From: an uncultured bacterium
GTDB taxonomy: Bacteria > Zhuqueibacterota > QNDG01 > DTFT01
Length of the DNA: 64,000 nucleotides
Direction of reading: 5' to 3'
Assembly: GCA_963736115.1 (NCBI GenBank)
Contig: CAVTNR010000002.1
Coordinates: 111,226 to 175,225 of the forward strand
The notes under the pieces were generated by a model. That model made no database searches and was not told the DNA's origin. It worked only from the letters and a program-made list of their open reading frames with translations. Below are positions 1 through 9,828 of the stretch, one piece after another (position 1 is the first letter of the stretch; every line of letters starts with the position of its first letter). The position numbers and the translations under genes were made by a program.

Positions 1-11
1 GAAACAGCCGC

Positions 12-1307
12 TCAGGACCGCGGTTGGAAGCCATCTCGACGCACCCCCTCTTTCTCCGGATCGATGAAACGGAACACATCTCCGTCGGTCTCACGGCACC
101 ACGCGTGCCACGAACCCCTCGGCAGCAAATTGAGGGAGGCGAGGGCTTCGAAAGCCGCCCGCACATCCGTCGAGGCGGGAAGCCGGAGGGCATAACCCAT
201 GGGAATTTCCTTCTCCCCGGCCAGCACGGCTTTCCGAAACGCCGGATTCAATGCGGCCAGCGTGTCACCGTCCGCGCCGAAAACCCGCTTGACCGTTTCC
301 AGCTTCAGCGGCACCGGAAGCGCCACAACCGCGAACCGGTCCGGAGGCATGGGGCTAAAAGAGCCGAAATGGGTCTCCGGATCGGAGGCCACACGCACCG
401 CCGCCAGAAATTCCGCGTAAAAGTTCTTGGAGGCGAATCCGAACGGCTTGGCCTCATAGGCGTGGATGATTTCCATGAGGTCGTCGGTGTTCAGCTCCTG
501 CATGGCCTTCCGAATGGAAACCAGTCCATGGTTGTATGCGGTCACGGCCAGGGGCCACCGGCCGGTCTTCTCATAATTGCGTTTCAGCAGACGCGCCGCC
601 GCGTCCGCGGACAGCAGGGGATCATAACGTTCGTCGATCGCGTCGTCCACGGTCATGAACAGCCGGCCCGTATCCCGCGTGAACTGCCAGGCGCCCGCGG
701 CGCCGGCCTTGGACAGGGCTTTGTGATTGAAGGAAGATTCCACGTGCGGCAGGTAAACCAGCGCATCGGGCAGGCCCCTGTCACGGAAAATCCTCCGGAT
801 TTCCCCGAGATACCGTCCGGACCGGATCAGGCCCTCCAGGAAGGATTCGGCCAGGCCGGACTGAGGCCGGATGCGCTCAGCCGAGCGGCGGAGCGTCTCC
901 GGCGTCGGCGAAGATCCGAACAGCCGGATCAGGCGCTTTTCCTCGTCCGTTCCCGTCGTGTCCCCAGCGACGCGTTCCGCCAGCCGCTTGAGCATGGAGG
1001 CGATGCGGTCCCGCTCCTCCGCCGCCTTTTTCTCCCGCTTTTTTTTCTGGTTCGTAATATCGGGGGACAGGCCGGTGACGTCCACAATCGCATAGATCCG
1101 TCCGGGCTCGTCCATGTCGTGCAGGAGAATCCGGTCCCGCGAAGTGCGCGTGAAGACGTCCACCCAGAAGCGGACGCTGGACTCCAGCTCGGGCGGAGAG
1201 GGAAAATCCGGACCGGCCGCGCTTCCGGCCGGACAGACAGCCGGAACCAGCCCCAGCGCAACGGACGCGGCGAGCCCAACGGCCAGCCGCCTGATTCCAC
1301 ATTTCAT
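12..1307 (-). CDS. MltD-like lytic murein transglycosylase (SLT domain) with signal peptide
   Basis: LPHVESSF (catalytic Glu), AGAWQF and AYNHG SLT motifs. Start MKCGIRR at 1307 overlaps the gltX stop (ATGA). Confidence 0.85.
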   Translation of the reverse strand: MKCGIRRLAVGLAASVALGLVPAVCPAGSAAGPDFPSPPELESSVRFWVDVFTRTSRDRILLHDMDEPGRIYAIVDVTGLSPDITNQKKKREKKAAEERDRIASMLKRLAERVAGDTTGTDEEKRLIRLFGSSPTPETLRRSAERIRPQSGLAESFLEGLIRSGRYLGEIRRIFRDRGLPDALVYLPHVESSFNHKALSKAGAAGAWQFTRDTGRLFMTVDDAIDERYDPLLSADAAARLLKRNYEKTGRWPLAVTAYNHGLVSIRKAMQELNTDDLMEIIHAYEAKPFGFASKNFYAEFLAAVRVASDPETHFGSFSPMPPDRFAVVALPVPLKLETVKRVFGADGDTLAALNPAFRKAVLAGEKEIPMGYALRLPASTDVRAAFEALASLNLLPRGSWHAWCRETDGDVFRFIDPEKEGVRRDGFQPRS

Positions 1308-2761
1308 CCGTTTCCGCTCCGCTCCAGGGCTTCGGCCACGAACCTGCGGCATTTTTCGCGCCCCAGGATCTCGGCTGTTTTCGGAAGCTCCGGACCGTGC
1401 GCCTGGCCGGTCAGCATGACGCGGATCGGCATCCAGAGGTTTTTGCCCTTGATTCCCGTTCCCTTCTGGATTTCCTTCATCACCGCGAGAAAGAGCTCGG
1501 GATCCCATGCAACCAGGGGCCCCGTCCGTTCGAGAAAATCAACGCCGATGCGCCGCGCCTCCGGAGACCGGAGAATCGCTTCGGCTTCGGCATTCTCCGG
1601 AACAACGGTTTCGGCGGAGAAAACAGCCGCTTTCTCAGGCACCTGCGACAGCCGGTCCACCGCGCTCTGCAGTAGGTCCGTCACCTTCCGGATTTCGGCA
1701 TGCGGCCCACCGGTCGCTCCAGCGTCCCCGAAGAAGGGGAGCGCGAGTTCGTAGAACCGGCCGGGGTCCAGGGCCCTCAGGTACTGACCGTTCATCCAGT
1801 CCAGTTTTTCGGTGTTGAACACGGCCGGGGATTCGGATACGCGATCGAAATCAAACTCCCGGACGAGGCGCTCCATACCGAGAATTTCGTCCCCGGACGC
1901 GGAGGACCAGGACAGCAGGGAGAGAAAGTTGACGAGCGCCTCGGGCAGATAACCCGCCGCCCGGTACTGGTCGACGGACGTGGCGCCGTGCCGCTTGGAC
2001 AGCCGCTCCCGGTCCCCGCCGAGTATCATCGGGATGTGCGCGAAAGCCGGCGGCGTCCATCCCAGCGCGAGATAGAGCAGAACCTGCCTAGGCGTGTTCG
2101 AGACATGGTCGTTCCCGCGGATGACGTGGGTGATGTCCATATCATGGTCGTCCGCGACGCAGGCGAAGTTGTACATCGGCATGCCGTCGCCGCGGGAGAG
2201 AACGAAGTCGCCGATGGTTTCGTTCGCGAAACCGATGGGCCCCTTGATGAGGTCGTGGAACCGGGTTTCGCCGGGTTCCACGCGGAACCGCATCGCGGGA
2301 CTGCGGCCTTCGGATTCGAAGGCTTTTCGCTTCGCCTCAGTAAGGTCGCGGCATTGGCCGTCGTAGGCCGGCGATTCCCCGCGGGCCAGCCGCTCCTGCC
2401 GCCTCGCCTCGAGCTCGTCCGGCTTGCAGTAGCAGGGATACACCCGGCCCGATTGCACCAGCCCGTCCATCCGATCGTGGTACAGATTCAGCCGCTCGGA
2501 CTGGCGGTAGGGACCGTGCGGCCCGCCGCAATCCGGACCCTCGTCCCAGTGAAGACCGAGCCAAGCCAGGTCCCGCAGAATCGACATCTCGCTCTCGCGG
2601 GTCGAACGCTCCCGATCCGTGTCCTCGATGCGCAGGATGAAGGAGCCCCTGTGGTGGCGCGCGACAATCCAGTTCATGACCGCTGTGCGCGCGTTGCCGA
2701 TATGCAGGTGACCCGTCGGGCTCGGCGCGAAACGGGTGCGGACATTTTTTTTAGTGGTCAT
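1304..2761 (-). CDS. gltX: Glutamate--tRNA ligase
   Basis: RTRFAPSPTG, HIGN (HIGH motif), LRIEDTD, RLSKR (KMSKS motif) and a C-terminal anticodon-binding domain. Confidence 0.96.
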   Translation of the reverse strand: MTTKKNVRTRFAPSPTGHLHIGNARTAVMNWIVARHHRGSFILRIEDTDRERSTRESEMSILRDLAWLGLHWDEGPDCGGPHGPYRQSERLNLYHDRMDGLVQSGRVYPCYCKPDELEARRQERLARGESPAYDGQCRDLTEAKRKAFESEGRSPAMRFRVEPGETRFHDLIKGPIGFANETIGDFVLSRGDGMPMYNFACVADDHDMDITHVIRGNDHVSNTPRQVLLYLALGWTPPAFAHIPMILGGDRERLSKRHGATSVDQYRAAGYLPEALVNFLSLLSWSSASGDEILGMERLVREFDFDRVSESPAVFNTEKLDWMNGQYLRALDPGRFYELALPFFGDAGATGGPHAEIRKVTDLLQSAVDRLSQVPEKAAVFSAETVVPENAEAEAILRSPEARRIGVDFLERTGPLVAWDPELFLAVMKEIQKGTGIKGKNLWMPIRVMLTGQAHGPELPKTAEILGREKCRRFVAEALERSGNG

Positions 2762-2810
2762 CTTGTCTTCAAATCCTTGAAATATCACTTCTTCATCAGG
2801 AGTTCTCTTT

Positions 2811-2845
2811 GTTCCGAATTCCGAGTTCCGGGTTTCGAGTTACGA
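2811..2845. repeat. Five degenerate heptamer tandem repeats (GTTCCGA-like)
   Basis: gttccga attccga gttccgg gtttcga gttacga, between gltX and dedA. Confidence 0.7.
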
Positions 2846-2883
2846 ACTTTTAAAACCCCCACCCACCCGGAACGATCAACCGA

Positions 2884-3474
2884 CTATGACTTTTTCCTCT
2901 TCCTCAATATCCACCACGCAACCAGCCCGAGAACGAGGATGCCGAACGCGATCCGGTGATAGTTATCCACGATCAGCCGCCAGTTGTCGCCGGCCCACAG
3001 GCCCACGGCCATGAGAAGGCCGTTCCACAGCGTGCATCCGGCGAGTGCGTACAGAAAAACCTTCCGGCCGTCGATCGCCGCAATGCCGGCGGCGAACGAA
3101 ACCACGGCCCGGAACCCGGAGAGAAAACGGTTGAATACAAGCACCCGGTCGCCGTACCGGCTGAACCAGGCCTCGACCCGGTCCAAGCGCTCCTGCGAGA
3201 AAAATCGCGCCCGCCGGCCCGTGAACCAGGCCCTTCCCCACTTCCGGCCGACCGCGTAGCATGCCATGAACCCGAGCACGCTTCCAGCCAGAGTCGACAG
3301 ATAGGCGGGCAGAAAGGACAGCTTGCCCCGGCCCACGAGAAACGCGCCGAGCACCGTGACCGTGTCGCCGGGCGCGGGAGGGAACACATTCTCCGCAAAG
3401 GAACTGGCGAAGAGAATCACATATCCCCAGGGTTCGGCAACCGAAGAAAGCACTGCGCCGATCCGGTCGATCAC
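2884..3474 (-). CDS. DedA/VTT family membrane protein
   Basis: ENVFPPAPGD, GSVLG, 'WFSRYG..V..NRFLSGFR' motifs. GTG start overlaps the ispF stop (GTGA). Confidence 0.9.
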   Translation of the reverse strand: MIDRIGAVLSSVAEPWGYVILFASSFAENVFPPAPGDTVTVLGAFLVGRGKLSFLPAYLSTLAGSVLGFMACYAVGRKWGRAWFTGRRARFFSQERLDRVEAWFSRYGDRVLVFNRFLSGFRAVVSFAAGIAAIDGRKVFLYALAGCTLWNGLLMAVGLWAGDNWRLIVDNYHRIAFGILVLGLVAWWILRKRKKS

Positions 3475-3950
3475 GATCCGACTTCCTCGATCAGAGCGAC
3501 CGCCCATACCGCGACCGCTTCGCCGCGGCCGGTCGCGTCGAATCCCTCATTGGTCTTGGCCTTGACCGAAACCGCGCCGGCGGGCGCATCCAGCGCGGCC
3601 GCGAGATTTTCGGCCATCCGGGCTTTATAGGGCGACAGCTTCGGCGCTTCCGCGACCACGGTCGCGTCCACATTCACCACGCGGTATCCCGCGTCCCGGA
3701 CCTTGTCCCGCACGGCCGTCAGCAGGACCAGACTGTCCGCGTCCTTCCAGCGGGGGTCGGTATCCGGGAAATGCTCTCCAATGTCCCCCAGGGCCGCGGC
3801 GCCCAGGAGCGCGTCGGACACGGCATGACACAGGGCATCCGCGTCCGAGTGCCCGGTTAAACCCCGCGGGAAGGGAACATGTACGCCTCCGAGCCGGAGC
3901 AGGCGGCCCTCCGCGAAGGCGTGCAGGTCGTATCCGAATCCGATTCTCAG
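3471..3950 (-). CDS. ispF: 2-C-methyl-D-erythritol 2,4-cyclodiphosphate synthase (probable CTG start)
   Basis: The frame continues upstream of the track ORF as (L)RIGFGYDLHAF...GHSDADALCHA, with DIGEHFPD and KAKTNE. Length is 159 aa if it starts at the CTG overlapping the ispD stop. Confidence 0.93.
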   Translation of the reverse strand: MRIGFGYDLHAFAEGRLLRLGGVHVPFPRGLTGHSDADALCHAVSDALLGAAALGDIGEHFPDTDPRWKDADSLVLLTAVRDKVRDAGYRVVNVDATVVAEAPKLSPYKARMAENLAAALDAPAGAVSVKAKTNEGFDATGRGEAVAVWAVALIEEVGS

Positions 3951-4642
3951 AGGCCCTCCGCCGCGAGCCGCTCGGCGACGATCCGGTCGAACGGCGTCGT
4001 GATCTTGATGTTCGTCTCCTCCCCCTCGACCACTTCGACCGGCAGGCCGAGGCGCTCGACCAGGGCCGCGTCGTCCGTGGCGACAAAACCGTCCTTGATG
4101 GCCGACTCATAGGCGCGGACCAGAATTTCCGCGCGGAACGCCTGCGGCGTCTGCACTTCCCATAGGAGGCGCCGGTCCAGAGTTTCTTCCGCCCGGTCTC
4201 CCTTTCCCCGCTTGATCGTGGCTTTCGGCCGCACGGCCAGTATGGCGGCTCCGCTCCGGGCCGCGGCCGCGATGGTTTCGCGTATCCTGGAAACGGATAC
4301 GAAGGGCCTCACCGCGTCGTGCACCAGGATGAAGTCCACGTCCTCCGGTACGGCCCGCAGGCCGCGGTATACGGTGTCCTGGCGCTCCTCGCCGGCTTCG
4401 ACGATGACCACCGGGAGGCCGGACGGATTGCGGCCGATCCATTCCCTGACCGCGTCCGCGCACTGGGGCGAGACGGCCGCCACAATGCACCGGACTTCCG
4501 GAGTGCCTGCGAGTTTTTCGAGGGAACGGACGAGCGCGGACCGGCCGCCGAGCGGAATCAACTGCTTGGGAAGGGGGCCGCCCATGCGCTTCCCGCTTCC
4601 CCCCGCGGCCAGGATGGCCGCCGTTCTGACGGCTTCCGTCAC
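3947..4642 (-). CDS. ispD: 2-C-methyl-D-erythritol 4-phosphate cytidylyltransferase
   Basis: AAGGSGKRMG..PKQ, ERQDTV, VHDAVRPF, QTPQAF, TDDA and NIKITTP. Confidence 0.96.
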   Translation of the reverse strand: MTEAVRTAAILAAGGSGKRMGGPLPKQLIPLGGRSALVRSLEKLAGTPEVRCIVAAVSPQCADAVREWIGRNPSGLPVVIVEAGEERQDTVYRGLRAVPEDVDFILVHDAVRPFVSVSRIRETIAAAARSGAAILAVRPKATIKRGKGDRAEETLDRRLLWEVQTPQAFRAEILVRAYESAIKDGFVATDDAALVERLGLPVEVVEGEETNIKITTPFDRIVAERLAAEGL

Positions 4643-4651
4643 GGCTCCCCC

Positions 4652-5680
4652 CTACAGGATGAGCATGGCGTCCCCGTACGAGAAAAACCGGTAGCGGTCG
4701 CGGATGGCCTTGCGGTAGGCTTTGAGGATGAAGTCCCGTCCGCCGAAGGCGCAGACGAGCATGATGAGCGTTGAATTGGGCATGTGGAAATTGGTGATGA
4801 GGGCGCCGGGCACGCGCACTTCATGGGGCGGATAGATGAACTTGTCCGTCCAGCCCTTTTCGGCCTTCACGTGGCCGTCCGAGGTGACCACGGTTTCGAG
4901 CACGCGCACGACCGTGGTCCCCACCGCGATGACGCGGCCACCGGCGTTGATCGTCCGGTTGATGGCTTCCGCGGATTTCTCCGAGATCTCGAAGAATTCC
5001 GAATCCATCTTGTGCCGCGTGAGGTCCTCCACCACCACGGGCCGGAACGTGCCGAGGCCGACGTGCAGGAGAATGGGCACCACTTTCACGCCCCGGCTCT
5101 CCAGTTTCTTGATCATTTTCTTGTCGAAATGCAGGGCCGCGGTCGTCGCGGCGACCGCCCCTTCCTTTCTGGCGAAAACGGACTGGTAGCGTTCCTTATC
5201 CACGTTTTCAGGCTCGCGCTTGATATAGGGCGGCAGGGGGACCTTTCCGATTTTCTGGACGATGTCGCTGAAATTGCCCTTGCAGTGGAATCGGATCACG
5301 CGGCCGCCGGAGACCGTGTTGTCCACGACCTCGCAGGTGAGCAGGTTGCCGACATGCAGTTTGTTGCCCACACGGACCTTCCGGGCCGGCTTGACCAGGA
5401 CCTCCCACAGGTCCTTTTCGAGCTCCCGGAGCAGGAAAACCTCGACCTCGGCGTTGGTCTTGTCCTTGATGCCCGTCAGCCGGGCCGGAAACACCTTGGT
5501 TTCATTGACCACGAGGCAGTCGCCGGCCTTCAGGTACTCGGCCAGATCCGAAAACTGCCTGTCCTCGACCTGTTGCGTGTCGCGGTGGAGCACCATGAGC
5601 CTCGACTGGCCCCGTTTTTTGGGTGGGTACTGGGAAATCAGCTTCTCGGGAACCGCGTACTTGAAATCACTCAGTTTCAT
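4652..5680 (-). CDS. queA: S-adenosylmethionine:tRNA ribosyltransferase-isomerase
   Basis: MKLSDFKY, VPLPPYI, LHVGLGTF, TNFH.P.STL and FFSYGDAMLI. Confidence 0.96.
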   Translation of the reverse strand: MKLSDFKYAVPEKLISQYPPKKRGQSRLMVLHRDTQQVEDRQFSDLAEYLKAGDCLVVNETKVFPARLTGIKDKTNAEVEVFLLRELEKDLWEVLVKPARKVRVGNKLHVGNLLTCEVVDNTVSGGRVIRFHCKGNFSDIVQKIGKVPLPPYIKREPENVDKERYQSVFARKEGAVAATTAALHFDKKMIKKLESRGVKVVPILLHVGLGTFRPVVVEDLTRHKMDSEFFEISEKSAEAINRTINAGGRVIAVGTTVVRVLETVVTSDGHVKAEKGWTDKFIYPPHEVRVPGALITNFHMPNSTLIMLVCAFGGRDFILKAYRKAIRDRYRFFSYGDAMLIL

Positions 5681-5711
5681 CTCGTGCTCCGGGATGATGA
5701 TGGTTGACTGG

Positions 5712-5776
5712 TTGAAGCTCCCCGCCGCTTGCCTTCTGTTTGAAGGCAAGCGGCGGGGTAAGCGAGCGATCAGATT
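5712..5776. repeat. GC-rich palindromic element, copy 1 of a dispersed family
   Basis: Perfect 17-bp inverted repeat ccccgccgcttgccttc / gaaggcaagcggcgggg. Shares segments with 52765-52922. Confidence 0.8.
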
Positions 5777-6798
5777 TAAAACAGCGATTGCTGGGGCGCC
5801 GCGCCCGGTGTCAGGCCCAGGGTCCGGTAAGCCAGCACCGTGGCTTCCCGGCCCCGGGGAGTCCGCTTCAGAAAGCCTTCCTTGATCAGATAGGGTTCGT
5901 AGATCTCCTCGATCGTTCCGCCGTCCTCGCCCACGGCCACGCCGACCGTGCCGATCCCCACCGGACCTCCTCCGAATTTTTCGATGATCACGGAAAGGAT
6001 GCGCTTGTCCATGTCGTCGAGCCCATGCGCGTCAACGTCGAGCCGCTCGAGCGACCGGCCGGCGACATCCTTCGTGATACAGCCGTCTCCCTCCACCTGG
6101 GCGAAATCCCGGATGCGGCGGAGAAGGCGGTTCGCCACGCGGGGCGTTCCCCGCGAACGGACGGCGATCTCGGAAAGCCCGTCCTCGTCCGCCTCAACTT
6201 TCAGCAGCCCGGCGGTGCGCCGCAGAATCAGGCCGAGCTCCGCGGGCAGGTAGTAGTCGAGCCGGTTCACCACGCCGAAACGGGCACGCATCGGGGCAGT
6301 GATAAGCCCCGCGCGCGTGGTCGCGCCAACCAGCGTGAAATGGGGCAGGTTCAGGCAGACGCTCCGGGCGTGCGGGCCGTGGTCGATCACGATATCGAGG
6401 CGGAAATCCTCCATGGCCGGGTAGAGGTATTCCTCGACCACGGTGCTGAGACGGTGGATCTCGTCGATGAACAGGACGTCCCGGGGTTTCAGGTTCGTCA
6501 GGATTCCGGCCAGGTCGCCCGGTTTCTCGAGCGCCGGCCCGGTCGTGGTCTTGATGTCCGACCCGAGCTCCTGGGCAATGATGTTCGCGAGCGTCGTCTT
6601 GCCGAGCCCGGGCGGCCCGTGAAAAAGAACGTGGTCCAGCGCCTCGCCCCGCTCGTTCGCCGCGCGGATGAACACACGGAGATTCGCGATGACTTTCTCC
6701 TGGCCGACGAACTCCGCGAAGGCCCGCGGCCGGAGGGTCTGGTCGAAAGCCTGTTCGCCTTCGAGTGGGACGGGATCGGTGATCCGGGTGTCGGTCAT
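5776..6798 (-). CDS. ruvB: Holliday junction branch migration helicase RuvB
   Basis: [32 protein letters not shown] and [12 protein letters not shown]. Confidence 0.98.
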   Translation of the reverse strand: MTDTRITDPVPLEGEQAFDQTLRPRAFAEFVGQEKVIANLRVFIRAANERGEALDHVLFHGPPGLGKTTLANIIAQELGSDIKTTTGPALEKPGDLAGILTNLKPRDVLFIDEIHRLSTVVEEYLYPAMEDFRLDIVIDHGPHARSVCLNLPHFTLVGATTRAGLITAPMRARFGVVNRLDYYLPAELGLILRRTAGLLKVEADEDGLSEIAVRSRGTPRVANRLLRRIRDFAQVEGDGCITKDVAGRSLERLDVDAHGLDDMDKRILSVIIEKFGGGPVGIGTVGVAVGEDGGTIEEIYEPYLIKEGFLKRTPRGREATVLAYRTLGLTPGAAPQQSLF

Positions 6799-6841
6799 GG
6801 TCGCTTGTCTGGGTCTCCGGTTGATCAGGCCTGATCGCCGG

Positions 6842-7429
6842 TCACATCATCCGCAGCGCGGCCTTCAGCGCTTCCTCAAGCGATGCGGACCGGTTTGTCT
6901 TCAGGACCTTGCGAACAGCTTCCTGAGCCATGACGCGCTTGTAGCCCAGGGAAACGAGCGCCAGCACCGCCTCCTCCTCGACGGGGGACGCCGCGCCGGC
7001 CGGCGCGTCCGGGCCAGCCGCAGGGGCCTCGCCGATCTTGTCCCGCAGTTCCAGAACGAGCCGGTCGGCTGTTTTCCGGCCGACGCCCGGCACCTTGACC
7101 AGGGCGGCCGCATCCTGATTGCGGACCGCGGCCTCGAATTCATCCACGGATATGCCGGACAGGATGTTCTGAGCGAGCCTGGGGCCGACGCCGGAAACGG
7201 AAATGAGGAGCAGAAAAAGTCGGCGTTCCGCCTCGGTGGCGAATCCATAGAGCTGAAGCGCGTCCTCGCGCACATGCAGATGGGTCAGCAGGCGCACATC
7301 CGATCCCGGCGCGCCGAGCGCGTTGAAGCTCGATACAGGGATAAAAACCTGGAATCCGACGCCGGCCGTTTCCACGACCGCCCAAGTGGGCGATTTCGCC
7401 GCCAGTTTTCCGGTGATGAAGGCGATCAT
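6842..7429 (-). CDS. ruvA: Holliday junction branch migration protein RuvA
   Basis: [17 protein letters not shown], HhH motifs GVGPR/GVGRKTA and ALVSLGY. Confidence 0.96.
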   Translation of the reverse strand: MIAFITGKLAAKSPTWAVVETAGVGFQVFIPVSSFNALGAPGSDVRLLTHLHVREDALQLYGFATEAERRLFLLLISVSGVGPRLAQNILSGISVDEFEAAVRNQDAAALVKVPGVGRKTADRLVLELRDKIGEAPAAGPDAPAGAASPVEEEAVLALVSLGYKRVMAQEAVRKVLKTNRSASLEEALKAALRMM

Positions 7430-7923
7430 CGGACGTTTCCCCCGAAATCGGGTCCGCCGCTTCTGTACGCATGACACAACGCCGCGGCCAGCGCGTCCGC
7501 CGCGTCTTCCGACACCCGCGCCGGTTCCAGCTTCATCAGCTGGCAGACCATCCACTGCACCTGCGTCTTGTCCGCCCCCCCGTTGCCCGTCACCGAGGCC
7601 TTGATTTCCCGCGGCGCGTATTCCGCCGCTGGGACGCCCCGCAGGGCCGCGGCGAGCAGAATCACGCCTCGGGCGTGCCCCAGCCGGAGCGTGGTCTTGG
7701 CGTTGCTGGTGACATAGGTCTCTTCTACGGAAACCGCGTCCGGACGGACGCGGTCGATCAACTCCAGCACGGCTTCGTGAATGACTTTGAGCCGCTCGGG
7801 AAACACACAGGTCTGGGGCACACGGATCTCCCCGAATTCCGCCGCGGCCGCGGCTCCGCGCTCCATGCCGATTACTCCGAAGCCCACGATCCGGGTGCCC
7901 GGATCGATGCCCAGAACCCGCAC
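7426..7923 (-). CDS. ruvC: Crossover junction endodeoxyribonuclease RuvC
   Basis: LGIDPG, LGHARG, TGNGGADK and DAADALAAALCH. Confidence 0.96.
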   Translation of the reverse strand: MRVLGIDPGTRIVGFGVIGMERGAAAAAEFGEIRVPQTCVFPERLKVIHEAVLELIDRVRPDAVSVEETYVTSNAKTTLRLGHARGVILLAAALRGVPAAEYAPREIKASVTGNGGADKTQVQWMVCQLMKLEPARVSEDAADALAAALCHAYRSGGPDFGGNVR

Positions 7924-7930
7924 GCGGCCG

Positions 7931-8671
7931 CTATCCTTCCATGTCCTTCAGGTCGGCGTCGAAATTCGAGTACACGTTCTGCACATCGTCCAGGTCCTCG
8001 AGCGCTTCCATGAGTTTGACGATCTGCTCCACCTGCTTGCCCACAAGTTTGACGGTGGTCTTGGGGTGGTTCGTGAGCTCGGCCGACGCCACGGGAATTT
8101 TCTGCCCCTCGATCGCCTCCTTGACCTTCGGAAACGCGGACGGGGGGCAGACGATCTCATAGCCGTCCTCGTCCGCGGTCACATCGTCCGCGCCCGCGTC
8201 CAGGGCCAGCTCCATGAGCCTGTCCTCTTCGCAGTCCGGCCGGTTGACGTAGATCACGCCCTTGTTCTCGAACATCCACGAGACGCATCCGCTTTCACCC
8301 ATGTTTCCGCCCAACTTCGAAAGCGCGTGCCGCACCTCGGAGGTGGTCCGGTTCGGATTGTCCGTCAGCGTATGGACCAGAATGGCCACGCCGCCGGGCC
8401 CGTATCCCTCATACATCTTTTCGTCGTACACGACGCCCGGCAGTTCACCGGTTCCTTTCTGAACGGCCCGGGTGATATTGTCCTGCGGCATGTTGGATGC
8501 CTTGGCGGCCAGCAGAGCGGCTCTCAGCCGCGGATTGGCTTTTTCATCCCCTCCGCTCTGACGCGCCGCTGTGGTGATTTCGCGTATGAGCTTGGTGAAT
8601 ATCTTCCCGCGCTGCGCGTCAAGCTTGCCCTTTTTATGTTTGATGGTGCTCCACTTATTGTGACCGGACAT
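7931..8671 (-). CDS. yebC: YebC/PmpR family protein
   Basis: MSGHNKWSTIKHKK, YEGYGPGG, TDNPNRT and DDVQNVYSN. Confidence 0.97.
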   Translation of the reverse strand: MSGHNKWSTIKHKKGKLDAQRGKIFTKLIREITTAARQSGGDEKANPRLRAALLAAKASNMPQDNITRAVQKGTGELPGVVYDEKMYEGYGPGGVAILVHTLTDNPNRTTSEVRHALSKLGGNMGESGCVSWMFENKGVIYVNRPDCEEDRLMELALDAGADDVTADEDGYEIVCPPSAFPKVKEAIEGQKIPVASAELTNHPKTTVKLVGKQVEQIVKLMEALEDLDDVQNVYSNFDADLKDMEG

Positions 8672-8852
8672 GGATCCTCCTCGATCAGGCCGTCAGATGC
8701 CTGTCGCTGATTCGTGTGCGTCCCATGATTGCATCGCCCACCGGTTTCTGACGACTCCGGCAGGTCCGATTCCTCCCGGATTGCGGCAGGAAAGAGGTTG
8801 TCCCGGCTCGCGTCATTTTCTCCGCGAAACCAGAAAACCGGTAACTTAAATA

Positions 8853-8881
8853 AATATAATCATTTTTTCAATTTTTTTCAA
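8853..8881 (-). promoter_or_regulatory. Putative sigma70 promoter of the yebC-ruv operon
   Basis: Minus strand TTGAAA-N17-TATATT in an AT-rich patch. Confidence 0.5.
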
Positions 8882-9009
8882 GGACAAAATCACAGAAAAA
8901 AACTCACTCTCCATTCTTTCCGTAATGATGGAAAGGATTTGGAGGGTGAGTTTGAGTGGTTTCGCCGGCTTTCATTCCGTCCGGGTTCAGCCGGATGGAC
9001 GAAAAGCCG

Positions 9010-9522
9010 TCATTCGCCGGATTCCACTGCCGCGACCACGTTCGATTTGACAATCCATGCGTCCTGAAAACCGCTGGTTATCACTTCCTGCTTGAGAAGC
9101 CTGGCTTCGTCAAAAGTCCGGCAATCACCGACGCGGACCTTGTAATTGGGTGATTCGAAAATCAGGTAAATTTTCGCTTTCAGCTTCAACATCGCTTCCT
9201 TTTTCAGGTCACGCGCGCGGTTTTCGTCCGTCGTGGCCGCGAGCTGGACGCGGTACCCCTGGATGGTCTCTTCCGCGCTGTCCGTTCTCCGGTTTGTTTT
9301 AGCGACCTTTACCGGCTCATTGTCCGCGCCCTTGCTTTCGGTCTGATCAGGCGGAATCACCTTGAATGTGTCGTCATCCAGAGTCAGGGGATCGAAATTT
9401 TCATCATAGGCTCCGGTTCCAGGCTTGTTTTTTTCCGCATCCGGTTTTCCTCCGACTCGGCCGAGCGAACACGAAAGAAGCGGCAAAACAATAAATAACA
9501 ATAGGATGGCGGTTTTTTTCAT
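9010..9522 (-). CDS. SPOR-domain lipoprotein
   Basis: Lipobox LLSC. C-terminal 'GYRVQL...YKVRVGD...GFQDAWIV' SPOR fold. Confidence 0.85.
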   Translation of the reverse strand: MKKTAILLLFIVLPLLSCSLGRVGGKPDAEKNKPGTGAYDENFDPLTLDDDTFKVIPPDQTESKGADNEPVKVAKTNRRTDSAEETIQGYRVQLAATTDENRARDLKKEAMLKLKAKIYLIFESPNYKVRVGDCRTFDEARLLKQEVITSGFQDAWIVKSNVVAAVESGE

Positions 9523-9672
9523 GGCGGATCCTCTGTCGAATAACGAATGGATGCATGGAATCAGAATCGACTGTAACGTAATTTACGGATGAAACCGCCT
9601 CGGTTCAAGCGGATTTTATCCCGGCCCATCCGTTTTCGCTCCAACGGATAGCCGGGCTCGGAGAAAAACCGG

Positions 9673-9700
9673 TTGACAAATCCGAATTTTATTTTAAATT
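9673..9700 (+). promoter_or_regulatory. Putative sigma70 promoter of the FadL-family gene
   Basis: TTGACA-N16-TAAATT in an AT-rich region. Confidence 0.45.
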
Positions 9701-9828
9701 TAACAAAAATATTCCCATCAGGGAAGAAGGAGGTGAGCGCAGGAAGCACCCCTTTCTCGCGATTTCGAGAATGGTCAAGCGGAGTCTTTTATCCGCAAAG
9801 CGCAATCTCACACAAGGAGGAGGCTGTC

